From Nageia nagi (taxonomy: Eukaryota; Plantae; Pinophyta): a stretch of DNA of 64,000 nucleotides. Under the pieces are notes generated by a model. It made no database searches, was not told the DNA's origin, and was given only the letters and a program-made list of their open reading frames with translations. Both the position numbers and the translations under genes were made by a program. Every line of letters starts with the position of its first letter. Position 1 is the stretch's first letter. The DNA lies in NCBI GenBank assembly GCA_050084985.1, contig JBITNC010000002.1, positions 35,526,001 through 35,590,000 on the forward strand, read 5' to 3'. Below are positions 25,714 through 39,606 of this stretch, piece after piece.

Positions 25714-28700
25714 AACAATAGATACGAAGGCAGGAAATAAAGTGCGCACCATTCCGGAATCTAACCCTGATTAGTAGAGAAGGCTGTAGATGTAACCAAT
25801 CTTGTAAAAAAAAATAACAATTAACAATTGTGGTTACAACTGGAAAGCCTTACCTTTTAGATCATGAGAATATACTTATTTGTCCAGACTGCAAGCAAGG
25901 AATCTTCTAACTTGTAGTCCAAGCACACACTACAAGATAAATAATAATAGGAGTTGTCTAGTTAGGGGATTTTTTGCCGTCCTACAACTTGACAATGGTG
26001 TGCAGTTTTTGACATTTTGACACTTGTGGTCAGGAAATTTTGTGGGCCTCATCCATTTTCCAGAAAGGATTCGAGCATATTTGCGAAACTAATCCGTCAT
26101 ACTTATATGAATACACAATACTAAAGTTCAAATCCAAATGCACAATACCAACCTAATTTTGGCATACAAATTTGCAAATATTAGTGAATATTAATGACTT
26201 TAATGAGTTTGTATGAGTTTTGGGATAAACACTTATGCTTTAATTCCTGTTTTGAGTATAAACCCTAGCTGCAATCAATTTTGTTATAGAAAGGTGAATA
26301 GGAAAAATACCCTTAGGCAATAGTAGTCGTTCCATTAATCCAAGGATAAAGCTGAATGGAAGGATTTAAATATGAAGTTTTTTTTAGCTTGTTTTATTGT
26401 GTGTAAAAAAGCTTTTTAAGCTATTTCAGTCTGCATTATACTTGAAAGGGTAAAACCTTAACTAAATCTATGTAATGTTTATTGAAACTCCAATTAGTTA
26501 TAATTAGGTTTTATTCTAAATCCTGAGTGTTTTTATAACATTCTATGAATGGAATAACTGATTGAAAATGATATAGTAGGATAAAAACCTTATCTGTGTA
26601 TACTTTTATACAACAGGGTAAAACCTTACATGAGTATATGTTTCTATCACAAAATTGTTTAAATGCTAAATTTTGTACTGGAAGTAAAGTTTGTATGGTG
26701 TTAAGAAAACTTGGCAATAAACAAAATGGTGTACATTCTAGATTGCAAGGGAAAAATTCGGAAATATAGCAGGATCATCTTTAGAGGCTAAACATGGAGT
26801 TTAGTATAGATGAGTAAGACTGCATGAATTATTAAAATTTGTTCATAAGAGTATGTAGAAAACCTTAGAGCAAATTTTTGACAGGAATTAAACATGAAGT
26901 TTAATAAAATATCTCAAACTAATTATGAAAAATTATTTACTAACCATGGATGCGTTAATAAGATAAATTATAACATCATATGGTGTAAAATTTACTTTTT
27001 GCATGATTGGTTGTTATTAAAGGAAAATGAAATGACATCAAGATAAAACTAAAATTGGTTGTCTTATAATTTGCATAACTCGAGTTTGAGTTTGAAATGT
27101 ATATCAGTCTCATATTGGATCATCATACTGCTATTTTCAGATTCATTGCATGATGTTACTTATCATTTTGTAGAGGTGGATTTTTGCAAGCTATGATATC
27201 ATATTTTGCATAACATACTACATAGGTGGAATATGTAACCATAATATGACTTTATTTCATTGCAAAGGTGGACTTTGTGAGATTATTTTATTTTATGCAT
27301 ATCATTTACATAGATGGGCTTTGTAAGCATGTATCATTCTTGTTAATAAAATTGCATTTTCATTTCTTGGGTGAATAATCTGATAGCATCTATGCATTGA
27401 CATTCTGATATATTTTGTACCATGGAATAATATAGTGGATCATGTGAGGAGAAATGTATTTTGTTTCAGATTAATTCCTTTCACTTATAAAAAAATAAAG
27501 ATGTGAGCCTTATCATATTTTTAGTTACACATCTAGCATATTTGTAGAATATTGTGTCATTATATTTAACCATGGAGGCTAGGTTGTTGAGTTCATATAG
27601 TTGTGCATGGGGAACATGCATGATTGCCTGTGACATTTTTATATGTGCATGAAGAGCAATCTCCAAGAGCTTGAGGGAATAATATTGAAATAATGGGATC
27701 AAAACATTATCCCATGATTGAGAGACAATTGGGTTATCACCAAAAAAAGCTCATACACAACCTACCTTTCCTATTTCTAGATGATGAATTTCAGTAACAG
27801 TTCATAAGAATGGTTTTATTGTTAATATGAAATAGTTGTTTTAAAATTCATGAAAAGTATAAATAAATCTTGAATGACTTATATTACTTACAATTGATTT
27901 AAATTATTATTATTATATTGGAACATATATCAATCTTAATGTTTTCTAAAGGATCTTAATTTAGCCTTGCAAGTCCTACTCGGGGAAAATGGATATTTCC
28001 ATTAGGAGTTGGACAAAGTTGGCTTAAAACTTGGTTATAGTATTCATAACAGAAACAAATATGTACCTACTTAATAGGAATATTTTTGAGATTTATTTTG
28101 TGGAAAGAGTTGAACCTATCAGGGTTATAGTTATCAGCAATCCAAGAATGGAAATATTGTCATCTTTATATAGATCAACACATAGGTAGTACTTGTGGTT
28201 GGAAACTTAGATGTAGTTCTAGTTTAGTTTTTGAGGATAGCTTAAAAGCAAGTTTTTGTATGATGATTTAAAGTATGCAAAATATATGAAGGTGGACCTA
28301 TCTTGTGGCAACTAGTTATGTCTATTTTTATATTGATCGAGTTTTCTTAAAATAAATTAGAAAATGTAAAAAAAATATACTGCATAGGCATTTGTCTACC
28401 TTTCTCGTGATTTGTATTGTTATTTGTTTTTATACAATTGCATAAGAATAAATGCATGGATAAAAACCAAATCAAACAAACAACCAATGCATACATCATG
28501 GAAAATTCATGAGTTTCATATGGAAATGCTAAAACATAAGCTATAATGAGATAAAAACTTTGATGGGTCATATATTTTAGTAAAGGCATCATTTCACTTG
28601 CTTTAAACTATATCAAAAACTTTTATGCAAAAATAGAAATAACTTAAGCATGATCAATATTGTTAAGTACATCCCTATTTTTAAAAGGACCACTTTATGA

Positions 28701-29329
28701 GTCGATTACTTAAACTGTCAATGAATGAAAACATTTATAGGATTCTTGAAATCCAAAATAAAACTACAATGGTTAAAAACTCAATGCAGTAAAATGTGTT
28801 GATTTCTTTATGTTGGGGCATAAGGATTTTGGATAGTTTTCATGCAATAATGATTACCAATTGAATATGATCACAATATCATTCCATGATATTGCATAGT
28901 AACTTTCATAGGCCTTTAAACATCTTCAATATGGGAATCAAAGTTGTGTGGAAATTGTTTTAGATATCATGAATAAAAGAAAAATTAATTTGGAATTCAA
29001 GGAGTTATATAGGAAAGTTTGAACCAAGATTGAATAGTAATTCATTGCTTGGATCTTGCTAAGATACAAGTTGTCCTTAGGGCCTATGGTAGATATAGGT
29101 GTGGACATCAAGAGTTCTTTGTAAGTGATTAACAAATGGCAGTAAGAAATCTCAAAGTTCAACTTAGGGCCATTGGTGGACAATGGTGTAAACTTTAATT
29201 CATGTCATATGAATTTTTATGCACTTGTATGTTGTTTGCAATAATTTTATGTGTTTCATATGCTATGATTATGCTTACTATCTCTAAATTAAAAAAAAAA
29301 GTACGATCTTAGAATGGTTTTGAATGATG

Positions 29330-30700
29330 ATGATAATGATGAAAAGTTATGTCATCACATTTATGGTGAGTGATGATCTTAAAGGAAAGAGGTTGAAATA
29401 CCTTCCATCTAATTTTAGTGATAGTAGATGACATACATGTAGGATCCCAGGAGACATTATACTTTAAGCATTAAGAGAATTATCACAATTGGATTTTAAC
29501 TAAGGCTCGTATCTACAACGAGAAGCTCAAGCACTAGAAATTGAAAAACCAAAATATTCTAAAGTGGAGGAATAAGCCTAAACATCTGACCACAATGGAT
29601 ATAAAGAATATGACTAGGAGCTCGAAGAAGACATCCCAGATACTTGAGAAACATCCTTAGGGTCAAAAGAGAAGAGTTAAAGAACTACCTCAAGCAATGA
29701 TGTTGTTGATGATGAAGTTAAGAGAAAGAGAAGAAAGAAAATTCATGAAAGAAGGAAAACGATAAGAAAAAGAGAATAAAAAGGAAGGCATCACCTTCAT
29801 CGAGTGATGTGGATGATGAAGATGAGGATAGTGAAGAGTAGAAAGAAGATGAAGAGGAACAACAAGATGATGATAAGAAAAAAAAGTAGGAAGAAGTATA
29901 AGAAGAAAATAATGAGCATTAGGTAGTTCAGATCAATAAAACTTCCAACCCTACCCACACCAATGCCGATTACCAACAACACACTGACATGTTTAGTAGT
30001 CCCCACATGTATCTCAATCTTTGGATACCACTTTTTGTTTTGATCCAATCACTAGTTGATATATTATGACCAATATCCTTTCATAAAAATCTAAGCCACA
30101 TATATTGCAAGATTTTGTGTTGCAGCCATAACATCTTATAAGAGTGGAAATGGAAGGGACCATCATAATGATGAAGAAAAATGCTAAAATCATAGAACAC
30201 CATTATTTAGTTTATAAAGATCATAAGAAGGCATTAAAGGAGCTGAAATAAAAGAATGATGTCATCAAATGACTACAAATCCTTGAGGTGGAACCTAATG
30301 AAGTCAAGAAGCTTATTGTGGAGGGAAAGTGTATGCAAAGGGCTATTGAGAAGGTAGCTCCAAAAGCTATCCACAATTTTGACTTAGCTTATGATTGGTA
30401 TGTTGAATTTCATGATGGGATTACAATCATAAGGAATCATCTAGTCAATTTAGCAAAGTTACATTTGGATTACTTGAAATAGTTAAGCACTATGAAGGTA
30501 CTTTCAATGACATACACAATGGAGAAAAAGAAAGAGGAAATAAGAAAGTATTTAGAGTTTTTCTTCCTCTTCGGGTGTTTGCTAAATCAAAAGGAGAAGA
30601 AGTGAGAAAAATATAAAAAAAAAGTAAAGGAAGACATGGCAAAATCATTTGCCATTTTTAAAATTAGACTTGAAACCAAGGAAGGAGCCTTGAAACCTAA
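29330..30700 (+). mobile_element. Degenerate acidic/lysine-rich coiled-coil ORF, probably a retrotransposon accessory ORF
   Basis: GAA/GAT/AAG-rich tract at 29700-29910 and ORF 30288-30482, with many stops. It lies upstream of a same-strand gag remnant. Confidence 0.4.
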
Positions 30701-32379
30701 AAAGTAGTTTTGTTTAGAAGACAGCCAATGATAAACTACATACTTTAGATGCGAAGATTATGGAAGCCCCCCCTTTTACTCATACATTGATATATGCAAT
30801 TGAATGGAATAGAAAAGTCAAGACTTGTTAATTATGCAAGGGAAGTTGTATTAGAGACAAAAGTACAAACCTCAAGATGATTCTACATAAAGTTTTGAGT
30901 TTCAACAAGAATATTGAGAAAAATGTGACCAAGTTTGTTGTTGATAAAGGTACTAACAATAGTTGGTTTTCATTTAGTCAATTTTTGTAATATGTTTTCA
31001 AGAAAGGAACATTTGTTAAGCACATACTATGTATTTTATAAAACTCTCAACTCCCTAGACAAATGTTCGTGAAACTATCTATTTGTATTAAGTTTATTTT
31101 TAATTATGTTGCTATAATTTATGCAAATAATTTACGACTAAGAAATTATACATACGATATTTTGTAACTATTAAAGAGACTTTTTAGCTTTTGAAACTTG
31201 TGTCCTCTAAAGCAATTATTTAACGTGAATGAATCAAGAATTATAAAATCTTTTGGTTCAGGCTTTCAGGAATTACATATGTTTTATATAGTTTTATCAA
31301 ATGTTTCAAGCTAATGCAGTAAATTTGATAAATTTTTTTAATGTCATTATTTACCATATTCATAATGAATAGTTGATATTTATTTGGATATAAGATCTCA
31401 ATCTATTTTCTAAAAAAATAGGAGATAGATTTAGGAGTTTATTTTGCTCCATTTGCAACCAACCATGATAGTTTCATTTAAGGACTACCTCATTAAAAAA
31501 TGAGGGTTTTAAACGCTATTATGTCTTACTGTTCTTCGATAAAAAAGTAAATAGCAAAAACTGGTGACTTCCCTCGAGTTAAAATTTAATATTTTGACAA
31601 CTCTATTTTTATTTTAAAGTTAAAAGAAAAATCACTAGAAAACTTTGTTTTCTGAACAACAATAAATTTTTTGAATTTACTCTTTTTATGAAAAGAGGCT
31701 TAATTATATTGAAGAATAATGATAATTTATGGTATTAATAGTTGGTGACTATGTCAACTAATGAACTTGTATACTAGTCCGATATTTTATCCCAACTTCA
31801 AATTGTAATCGTAGCCAAAAATTCTTCTACAAGGATTACAAGTTTTGAACATATTCAATAGATTTTTTGGTGAATTGCATAACAAGAAAGAGAATTTGAA
31901 ATTAGGAATTCATGGAAGCATCTATTGATTGAAGAACATTTAGCTAAACAAATGTATATAAGAGATTCAAATTTAGAAGCTATCTGACTTGACACGGAAC
32001 ATTTTCTTTAGTCATATCAATAGTAAGCTTTTCTTTCCTAAAGAAGTATTACATGATAGATACATTTCAAATTTTGATTAAGAAATCTAGGTAGAATACA
32101 TATACGAATTCAAATCTTAGTTCATACCAGATATAGAAAAGAATCCTATTCATAGTCCATTCCACTATTCTGTTTTCATATTCTTCAAAGATACAAATCC
32201 TACTTAGGATATTAGAAGAAATTAGACACAAAAGAGTTCAGGAGCGAATCAAACCAGATTGGAAGGTCATAAAGACCATGGATTGAACAAAAATATTTTT
32301 TTCCTATCTATGATCCAAGTTCCAACACCTATAAATAATCGATCATCTCCTAAAAGATTATCTCAACAAAAGATGGCTA

Positions 32380-32690
32380 ATCAACCATAATTACCATGGA
32401 GGATCAATGCAGGCCTATTTGCACTAGCTGGAGATAGTCACAAAATGCCAAAGTATACCATCTCACTCATGATCTTCATTGGAGATTTTATAGGGATCAA
32501 AATTGATGAGAACATTAACTTCTTCACCACAACATGTAAAAATTATGGATGTAGAACATGGAAGATATTGTTGTAAGACTTTTTGTGCAAACATTAACAT
32601 AAGAAGTAGTTGACTGGTTTAATTCTTTGCTAGCTACTTACATCACATGTTAGGAGGATATGAAATTAATCTTAATTACATGGTTCTTCA
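32380..32690 (+). mobile_element. Ty3/Gypsy gag fragment
   Basis: From 32561 it reads EDIVVRLFVQTLT*EVVDWFNSLLATYITC*EDMK, the same gag class as the 15.1-kb remnant. Confidence 0.75.
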
Positions 32691-34454
32691 ATATGGACAT
32701 TAATAACGAAATAACCAGGATATGAATTGCAGATATATATAATTTGATAATAGTTGTAAATTACATCAAAAGAAAACCTCTAAATCATGATTGTGTTAAA
32801 AAAAATACCCCTTAAGCAAGAAAAAATAAATTATATGAACTTAATATAAACCATTTTCATTAAAACAGCACATGAAAAGAAAATAATCAAATATATGTAT
32901 GTTTAAGATATGTGAGCTAATAACTTCTCAATTAAAATCTATGAAGTTAATGTCATTCAAAATGTTTCCCACAATATTGCGTTATCAAAATTTAAATAAC
33001 TTCATGCTATTTAACATTGTATATACTTTATAAATGTTTTGTTACATGGCAAAAAATTCAACTTCAATGTAATATCAAAATACTCGTCTACATTTTAGTA
33101 GGTTTATGTGCTTATATGAAGTTCAATTGACTTCCATGTAGGAACAAAATGTTTATAGCAGCTCATATTGTTTGAAATTGAATTATTGATAAAAAAAATC
33201 GTACATTAGCTATAGGGAGAAAGACCAGCTCAAGGAGAAGAAAGTGAAGGCTATAGATAAATCTGGCTCTTACAATGGATGGTCTGAAGATACGATTTTC
33301 TCTAAAGCAATGGGTGGGAGACTACTTGTTTATGTATTACAAGAGTTATAATTTATGAAAAAATTCAAACCTAAGATTAAATTTTTTAACTAATCTCTTC
33401 CTATACAGTTAGGTAAGGATAACTAATACCATTTTTATAAATCTTAAATTTTTTTTTTTAATTATATTTATAATTTGAACACAAAAATAAATACAAATCC
33501 TTAATAGAATTACAATTCTCAATAATATTAATGCCATAAATTTTGCCAAAAATATTTGCAAAGTCCTACAATCTAGTTGGAAAGAAAAGAAAATCATAAT
33601 AATAAACTATCAAAATGAAATTTTGATATTAATTAAAAACACTATCGAAAGGTGACGAATTTCTATAGATGGTTCTTTGCCATTTGAAGTGTATTTTCTT
33701 CCAAATCTATATGTTAAGGAAAGTGACAATTATTTAAAATGCTTATTCAACCCCTTTTTTTGAAACCATCAAATATTTGATTGCTGTAATATTCAACAGT
33801 GTAGACCATTGGTAAGATTTGATTGTTGTAAACAGTTGTGAATCGTGATAAAGTGGTGAGTAGGAATCAGATTGCAATTTCAATTACCGGAGTGTATATC
33901 TTAACTCTCAAAGCATTTAATAAAGTTTAAATTTGATGTTCAACCTTTGAAGATAAACAACACTGATTTCATTGCTATCGCACACCATAAACCATGAAAA
34001 TAATGAGGTTTTCAAAATAAAGAGCAAAAAATTCAACATACAATGAAATTATCTATTATTTCAACAGAGAAATGTAATCCGAATAAAAGTGTTTCAATTT
34101 TCAACTTCTGCAACAAAAATTACAATGTAATTTCAATTATATAATAAAAAAAGTAACAACAAATGTAACAGAAAAATATTGAAGTATTTTTTTATTAGTA
34201 GAAATAAAAATTATCTATTTACAATCTATCAATTTGGAAACATATATAATCTATAAATTTAGAAACAATATTTACAAGAAACTTATCAATTTTATAATGC
34301 TTAAGTGTAAAGATTCACATATAACTGTCTCAAAATACATGCTTAATTTACAAATAACTGTATTTTACGATTAAATTAGAAAAATACGTTCATATGACCA
34401 TCAATTTTAAACACTGCTTTGCATCCAAACAACTCTTTCATTTCGGCACCGAAT

Positions 34455-34887
34455 AACTCTTTGTCATTTCCGTATCAGATCCAGGACTGACTTCAAAGTA
34501 ACAAATATCTTCAATCACCAAAATACTCCTATCTATCTTCAAATAATGATCTTTGCAATATTTTTTTGCGTGTGCACTTCAGAATGATCTTGATGGTAGT
34601 GTAGAAATGCTGTTCTTTTGGTTTATGGAAGCGGCTTTTATATAGTTTTACCATATTTCAGCTTTCTGACTTTCATCATTCTAGGTTTGTTGTAAACTTG
34701 CCACTTTTGATTATTTTGGTGACTGAATATATTTGTTACTTTGAAGTTAATCCTGGAAAAGTTGCTTGGTGCAGGGTTACATGAATGCATTCTTTATCCT
34801 AAAGAACTCTTTGTCATTTTCGTATCAGATCTAAGACTGTCTTCAAAGTAACAAATATCTTCAGTCACCAAAATATTCTTATCTATT
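34455..34887. repeat. Direct repeat (period 350 bp) with an inverted partial copy between the two units
   Basis: Units of about 83 bp start at 34455 and 34805. 34712-34757 is the reverse complement of their core, and 34712-34746 pairs with 34841-34875 at 34 of 35 positions. Confidence 0.9.
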
Positions 34888-37800
34888 CAAGTAGGATCTC
34901 AACAATCGATTATAACATCGCTAAAATATTACTATCTATCCCAAGAGGATGACATCCCACATTGGGGTTCACAATTGATCAGAGGGACTCAAAAATTTCC
35001 TTCACTTTGTTACATTGATGCTTAAATACATGTGCAACTAATAACAAATGCTCCTATCTGCTAAAATCACTCCTAATTTATATTAATCATGTACTTTGAC
35101 TCTCCCTAAAAGAGAACATCAAGCTCTAGGTGGATCCCTTAGGTCATTACAAGTTTCAAAAAGACATGGGTGTGAAAAAGGCACATGACATGGAGGGGCA
35201 AGGTGTTGAGTGTGGGATTAGGTATTGATGTCGGTGCTGAGTTTGGTGCTTGCGCAAAAGATGGTGTAGGTGATCTGTGTTGTTACCTGGAATTTCTTTC
35301 GCAATGTTGAGGTTGTTTTGTGGTGGATTCTTTCTTTTTCTGACTCTAAATTGGACTCTTCTTTAGGATTCGATATTGTCAGTGCACCAAATGAATTTCT
35401 TGTCTCAAGGGTTGTAGATGCATTGTTCTGCCTCTATCTCCATTGTGAGTTTGATGGCCTATTCACTTGGTGGTTCATTTGTTGAGACTAGTTATCACAA
35501 GTAGATGATAATGATTTATAGGATTTGTACAAGAAACTTCTACCTCTATTACCAACAAAATTAGTACCACAGGAACAAGCCCTACTAAAGGCTATATCTA
35601 GGCAAACAAGTGGAAGTGGTAGTTAAGGGTTCTACTCTCCAATAGGTTGGAGACCCCAAAGAGTCGTCAAAAGATTATTATTATTGCAGAATTACGCTCT
35701 GTAAGGGTAATATTCTTTATATTCGTTATTCTTTCATTCATTCATTTTTTCAATAAAACCCCTTCTATAATTTCCGCTTCTTATTTCCTTTTCTTTCTCA
35801 TTTGTAAATACTTTTATAGATTCATTCTTTAGTATAGATGGTATATACCTAGTCTTTTTCTCAAGAGTCTTTTGTATATATGCACTTAGCTATGACTTGG
35901 TCTTGTTTAAGGTATTCCCGGGATGTGTTCATATTGTCGGGTTCTAGTTAGAGAAATGCCACTCAAAATTGTCATTTTATTTCCAGGTGGGTGTTGTTTG
36001 TACATAGTTGAATGAGTCATGTCTGGGATCTATGTATAAGTCATAAATTGAAGAATTTCCATTTTGTAAAATCAGCTAAGTCATTTTCGGGATTTGTCTA
36101 CATCTAGTTCGAACCCTATCTTGAGTCCAATACTTAAGTTTCAATCTTGTATAGTCCAGGGGTTTTTTCGGGTCTAGTTGTATATAGTTGTCAATGTAGG
36201 TTGAGTCATGTATTGGGCAATGTTGTCACAAGAGTCAAGTGAAGTAGGGCCTATGAAAATCCAACGTTGATGTCATACTTTTCGATGGAAATCAATGGGC
36301 TCTAGATGGCTTAGTCAATGGGCAGTTCTGGTAGTTCTTCAAGATAGAAGATGTTCACAACTCTATATTCAATAGACATCACCAGTTTCAAGCAATAATG
36401 TCACACTTTTTAGGAGAAATCGATGGGTGATAAGTTCCACAAGTATTCAAGAATCCCCTCCAAAGCATGAAAAGACCTGTTAGGGAGAAGTAAAGACTAT
36501 AAGAGGAGGTGAACACCCGATTCCATTTAATCAAGAGTGTGTGATCCCTAGGACTCTTCCAACGTGTCAACTACAACTCATTTTCATGTGGTAGCAATAG
36601 TTCACTCTCAAATTTGAATGATATATCTTCCTTCATCCTTACAGTATTTGACACCAAAATTGCAAAAGAAACATTTAATGATCATAGAAGATTGGTAGGC
36701 CATCGATTGGTGAAGCAGCTTGATTGTACATAAAAAGATGGTGAACTATACCTCATAAATTCAACAAAAATTCAAATGTGCCATGGTCAAAAGATAAATA
36801 ATGACTTATTACGATTGGATAGGTACACGATTGAAGGTTTGTAAATTCTAAGAATCGATGTTGCATCAGGACCATAATCCATAATTAGTTATAGTTATAG
36901 ATTCTCCTATACATGTTGTAAATTTTTAAATTTATGTTGTTCTTAGTTAAAGAAGTAGTTATAGTCATTAATGGTGGACAACCACCCATTGTAAATAGAA
37001 CATTATAAATAGTGGATTGTTAAAAGTTCAAAAGGTTGGACATTTTAGCAAAGTTGCCCAGTGTAAAAACTATTTTCATATATGAAAATGCAATATGAAG
37101 ATGTTTTTTCCTTTGAATTATGTGATTGTTATTTTATTTTATAATTATTATATATGAAGCTTTGTTTGAAGTTGTGGCTATGTATTGCAATTGTGAGATC
37201 CCAAGAGTGAGATAGTTGTGCTATTCTTGGTCTTGGCTATGGATAGTTGTGCTATTTTCTTTCCTTTTGCTTTTGACCTTCACTTAGATAGGAACTAACT
37301 TATAACCTAAAGATTGAGCAAAAATCCCCATGAGCGCATTCTCCCACCACTTTTGCTCTTTCAAGAACCTTGTTCTTATCAAGTAATGGAGAATTTTTTA
37401 GACCAAACCTTTAGGTTACATCATCCTGATCAACAAAAGTCATGGAGAAGGGCAAACATTTTTAACCACTCCAACAATTTGTAGTCATGGAGAAGAATGA
37501 ATATTTTTAACCACTCCATCCACTACAACTCTCTAATAAGAAAGAGGAACACAAATAAGGATAAACCTCTCAAACATGAAAGTAGATTGGCATCGATACT
37601 GAAAGTTGGATAAATTCTCAAAATGGAAGTACGGTGACATGAATCCAAAAACATAGATAATTTTTCAACAAATAAGGTGGCATCAATCCAAAATATGGGC
37701 ATATACTTCCAATCATGGAAGACATTAATCTATTTGCACAAAAACTACAAATATTATCAATTTGTATTATGCATAAGAACCAAAAGTTTTATTGCCAAGG

Positions 37801-39050
37801 CCATCAAATTATTTATCAATTTATTTAAGGCAAAAGAGTTGCAATAATGCCATCAAAGTGTATACTTCATTCTATTAAGGAGCTTAAGGCACAAAGTTGT
37901 ATGAAATCACCACTACACTATCTAAGATAAATGGAAGTTAACCAAATTATCCAACCAATATTATTGAATTATTCAAAACAAGGTAATCAACCAAACATGT
38001 TGAATTTGTTTAAATCAATAATACAAAATTTAACCAAAGTAATCAACAAGGCATGCTTAAATTGTTTAACCAATTTGATATGAGCAAAACTATTTTTAAA
38101 CTCATCAAATCATATGACCCATACATTCATCATTTTGTCATGGCCAAGTAACATTGTTGTAGAGAGGGTAGAGTTGAGGTTATTTTCTTGTTTGAAATTA
38201 GGCCTTTATCTAGATGCCCACATGGAACCCAAATCCTATCAATTCTCAACTAATTCTCCTTGGTCAACAATATACTTTCACAAGAAGAAGTGCTAGCTAT
38301 TTTTCAAGGGTGTGATGTATGTTGTATCGATCAAATTATTATCTTGATTAGGTTTCAAGTTTTCCTTTGAGGTTATCAGGATAATCCTTGAATGGATGTG
38401 CAGACATGTGGTATCACTACCAACATATCTATCCACCTATATAGAGTTCTATCAAAACCAATAGAGGACTTAAAAGTAATTAAGAAGTACAAATTTTACA
38501 CCATTTGGATCATCAAATTGAAGGCTCCAGTATGTGTTGTCCTCCCCTTGTAGCTCCCCAACAAAGTCATGTTGTGGAATAAATGTGCAGATGTGTTCAT
38601 TTTAGGGGGTGCACTTTCAATGTTTATTATTTTGCAAAAATAAAGAAAAGGTGTATAAAGTAAAGTGCTTAAAAAAATGATACATCATCCAAAATTGAAA
38701 CTTAAGAGTTCAATGGATCTTGTTACCTACCTCAAGAGGACCTCTTTATAAAAAAAACATGAATTCATTATTTTTAAGTACCAATAAAACAAGGAGCCCC
38801 CCCTTTTTACTTAAAAAACTTGAACTTAAAAAAAAAAGGCCTCTTTCCTTAAAATATCCCTCACATTGTACTTTACTTTAGAGAAGGGAAAAAAATCTCT
38901 TAACACTTAAAGAAATAAATCAAATCAATTGCCTCCTCCTACTTTTACCATAGCAAAAGATTAATTCCCCCTTTAAAAAAAAAACTACCCCTATGCAATG
39001 TAAATAATTTTACTTGCTATAAAAAATTCTCCCCACCCAAATTTTAAATT

Positions 39051-39074
39051 CCCCCCCCCCCCCCCCCCCCCCCC
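39051..39074. repeat. C24 homopolymer
   Basis: 24 consecutive C in the Copia A leader. Confidence 0.95.
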
Positions 39075-39592
39075 TCATATATATATTTTTATTCTTTGAT
39101 GGATGTCCATACCTCCTTATTTATATGAGAAAAACATATAATGCTATATTTTTATTTCCAAATATATATTAGCTTAGAAAAAGATTATCCTTATAAAAAA
39201 TAAATACCTTTTTTCTCTCCTTTTTCTTTAAAAACTATATATACTTTTTATTTATTTTTTAAATAAAGAATGCATCTTTAATTTTAATAATATAAAACAA
39301 ATGAATATTTTGATATTTCTATATATTTTAGTGTAAAAAAAATCTGCAAAAGCTCATTATAATATTGCTTTTTTTAAGCAATTTTACCAAATTAACATGT
39401 AAACACAAAATGTTAGTATAACATGTAATCAAACAAATGTTAGTATAATTGAAAATAATCCATATGTAATGAAAGAGAGAGATGTTATACCTTAAAATTG
39501 ATTTTACCTCACCAATGAAGTAGTAAGAAGAGCCTCCAAGTTGAAAAGAGTAGTAATGACCTCCAAAATGTTGAATAGGAGCCTCCAAGTAT

Positions 39593-39606
39593 GGCTCTAG
39601 ATACCA
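39593..39606 (-). promoter_or_regulatory. tRNA-iMet primer-binding site
   Basis: Minus strand TGGTATCTAGAGCC (canonical TGGTATCAGAGCC with one extra T), 2 nt from the LTR end. Confidence 0.85.

Noticed and set aside
29797-30048. Hydrophobic membrane-protein-like ORF, and similar short F/L/I-rich ORFs such as 466-690, 35647-35832 and 53522-53800
   Set aside because: These are reverse-complement or AT-rich low-complexity artefacts with no motif or splice support.
34954-34964. snRNA upstream sequence element-like ATCCCACATTG
   Set aside because: No correctly spaced TATA or recognisable snRNA follows, and the motif is common in LTR sequence.
34960-37290. Further LTR and gag-like debris
   Set aside because: Probably TE-derived, but no motif or boundary was clear enough to call.
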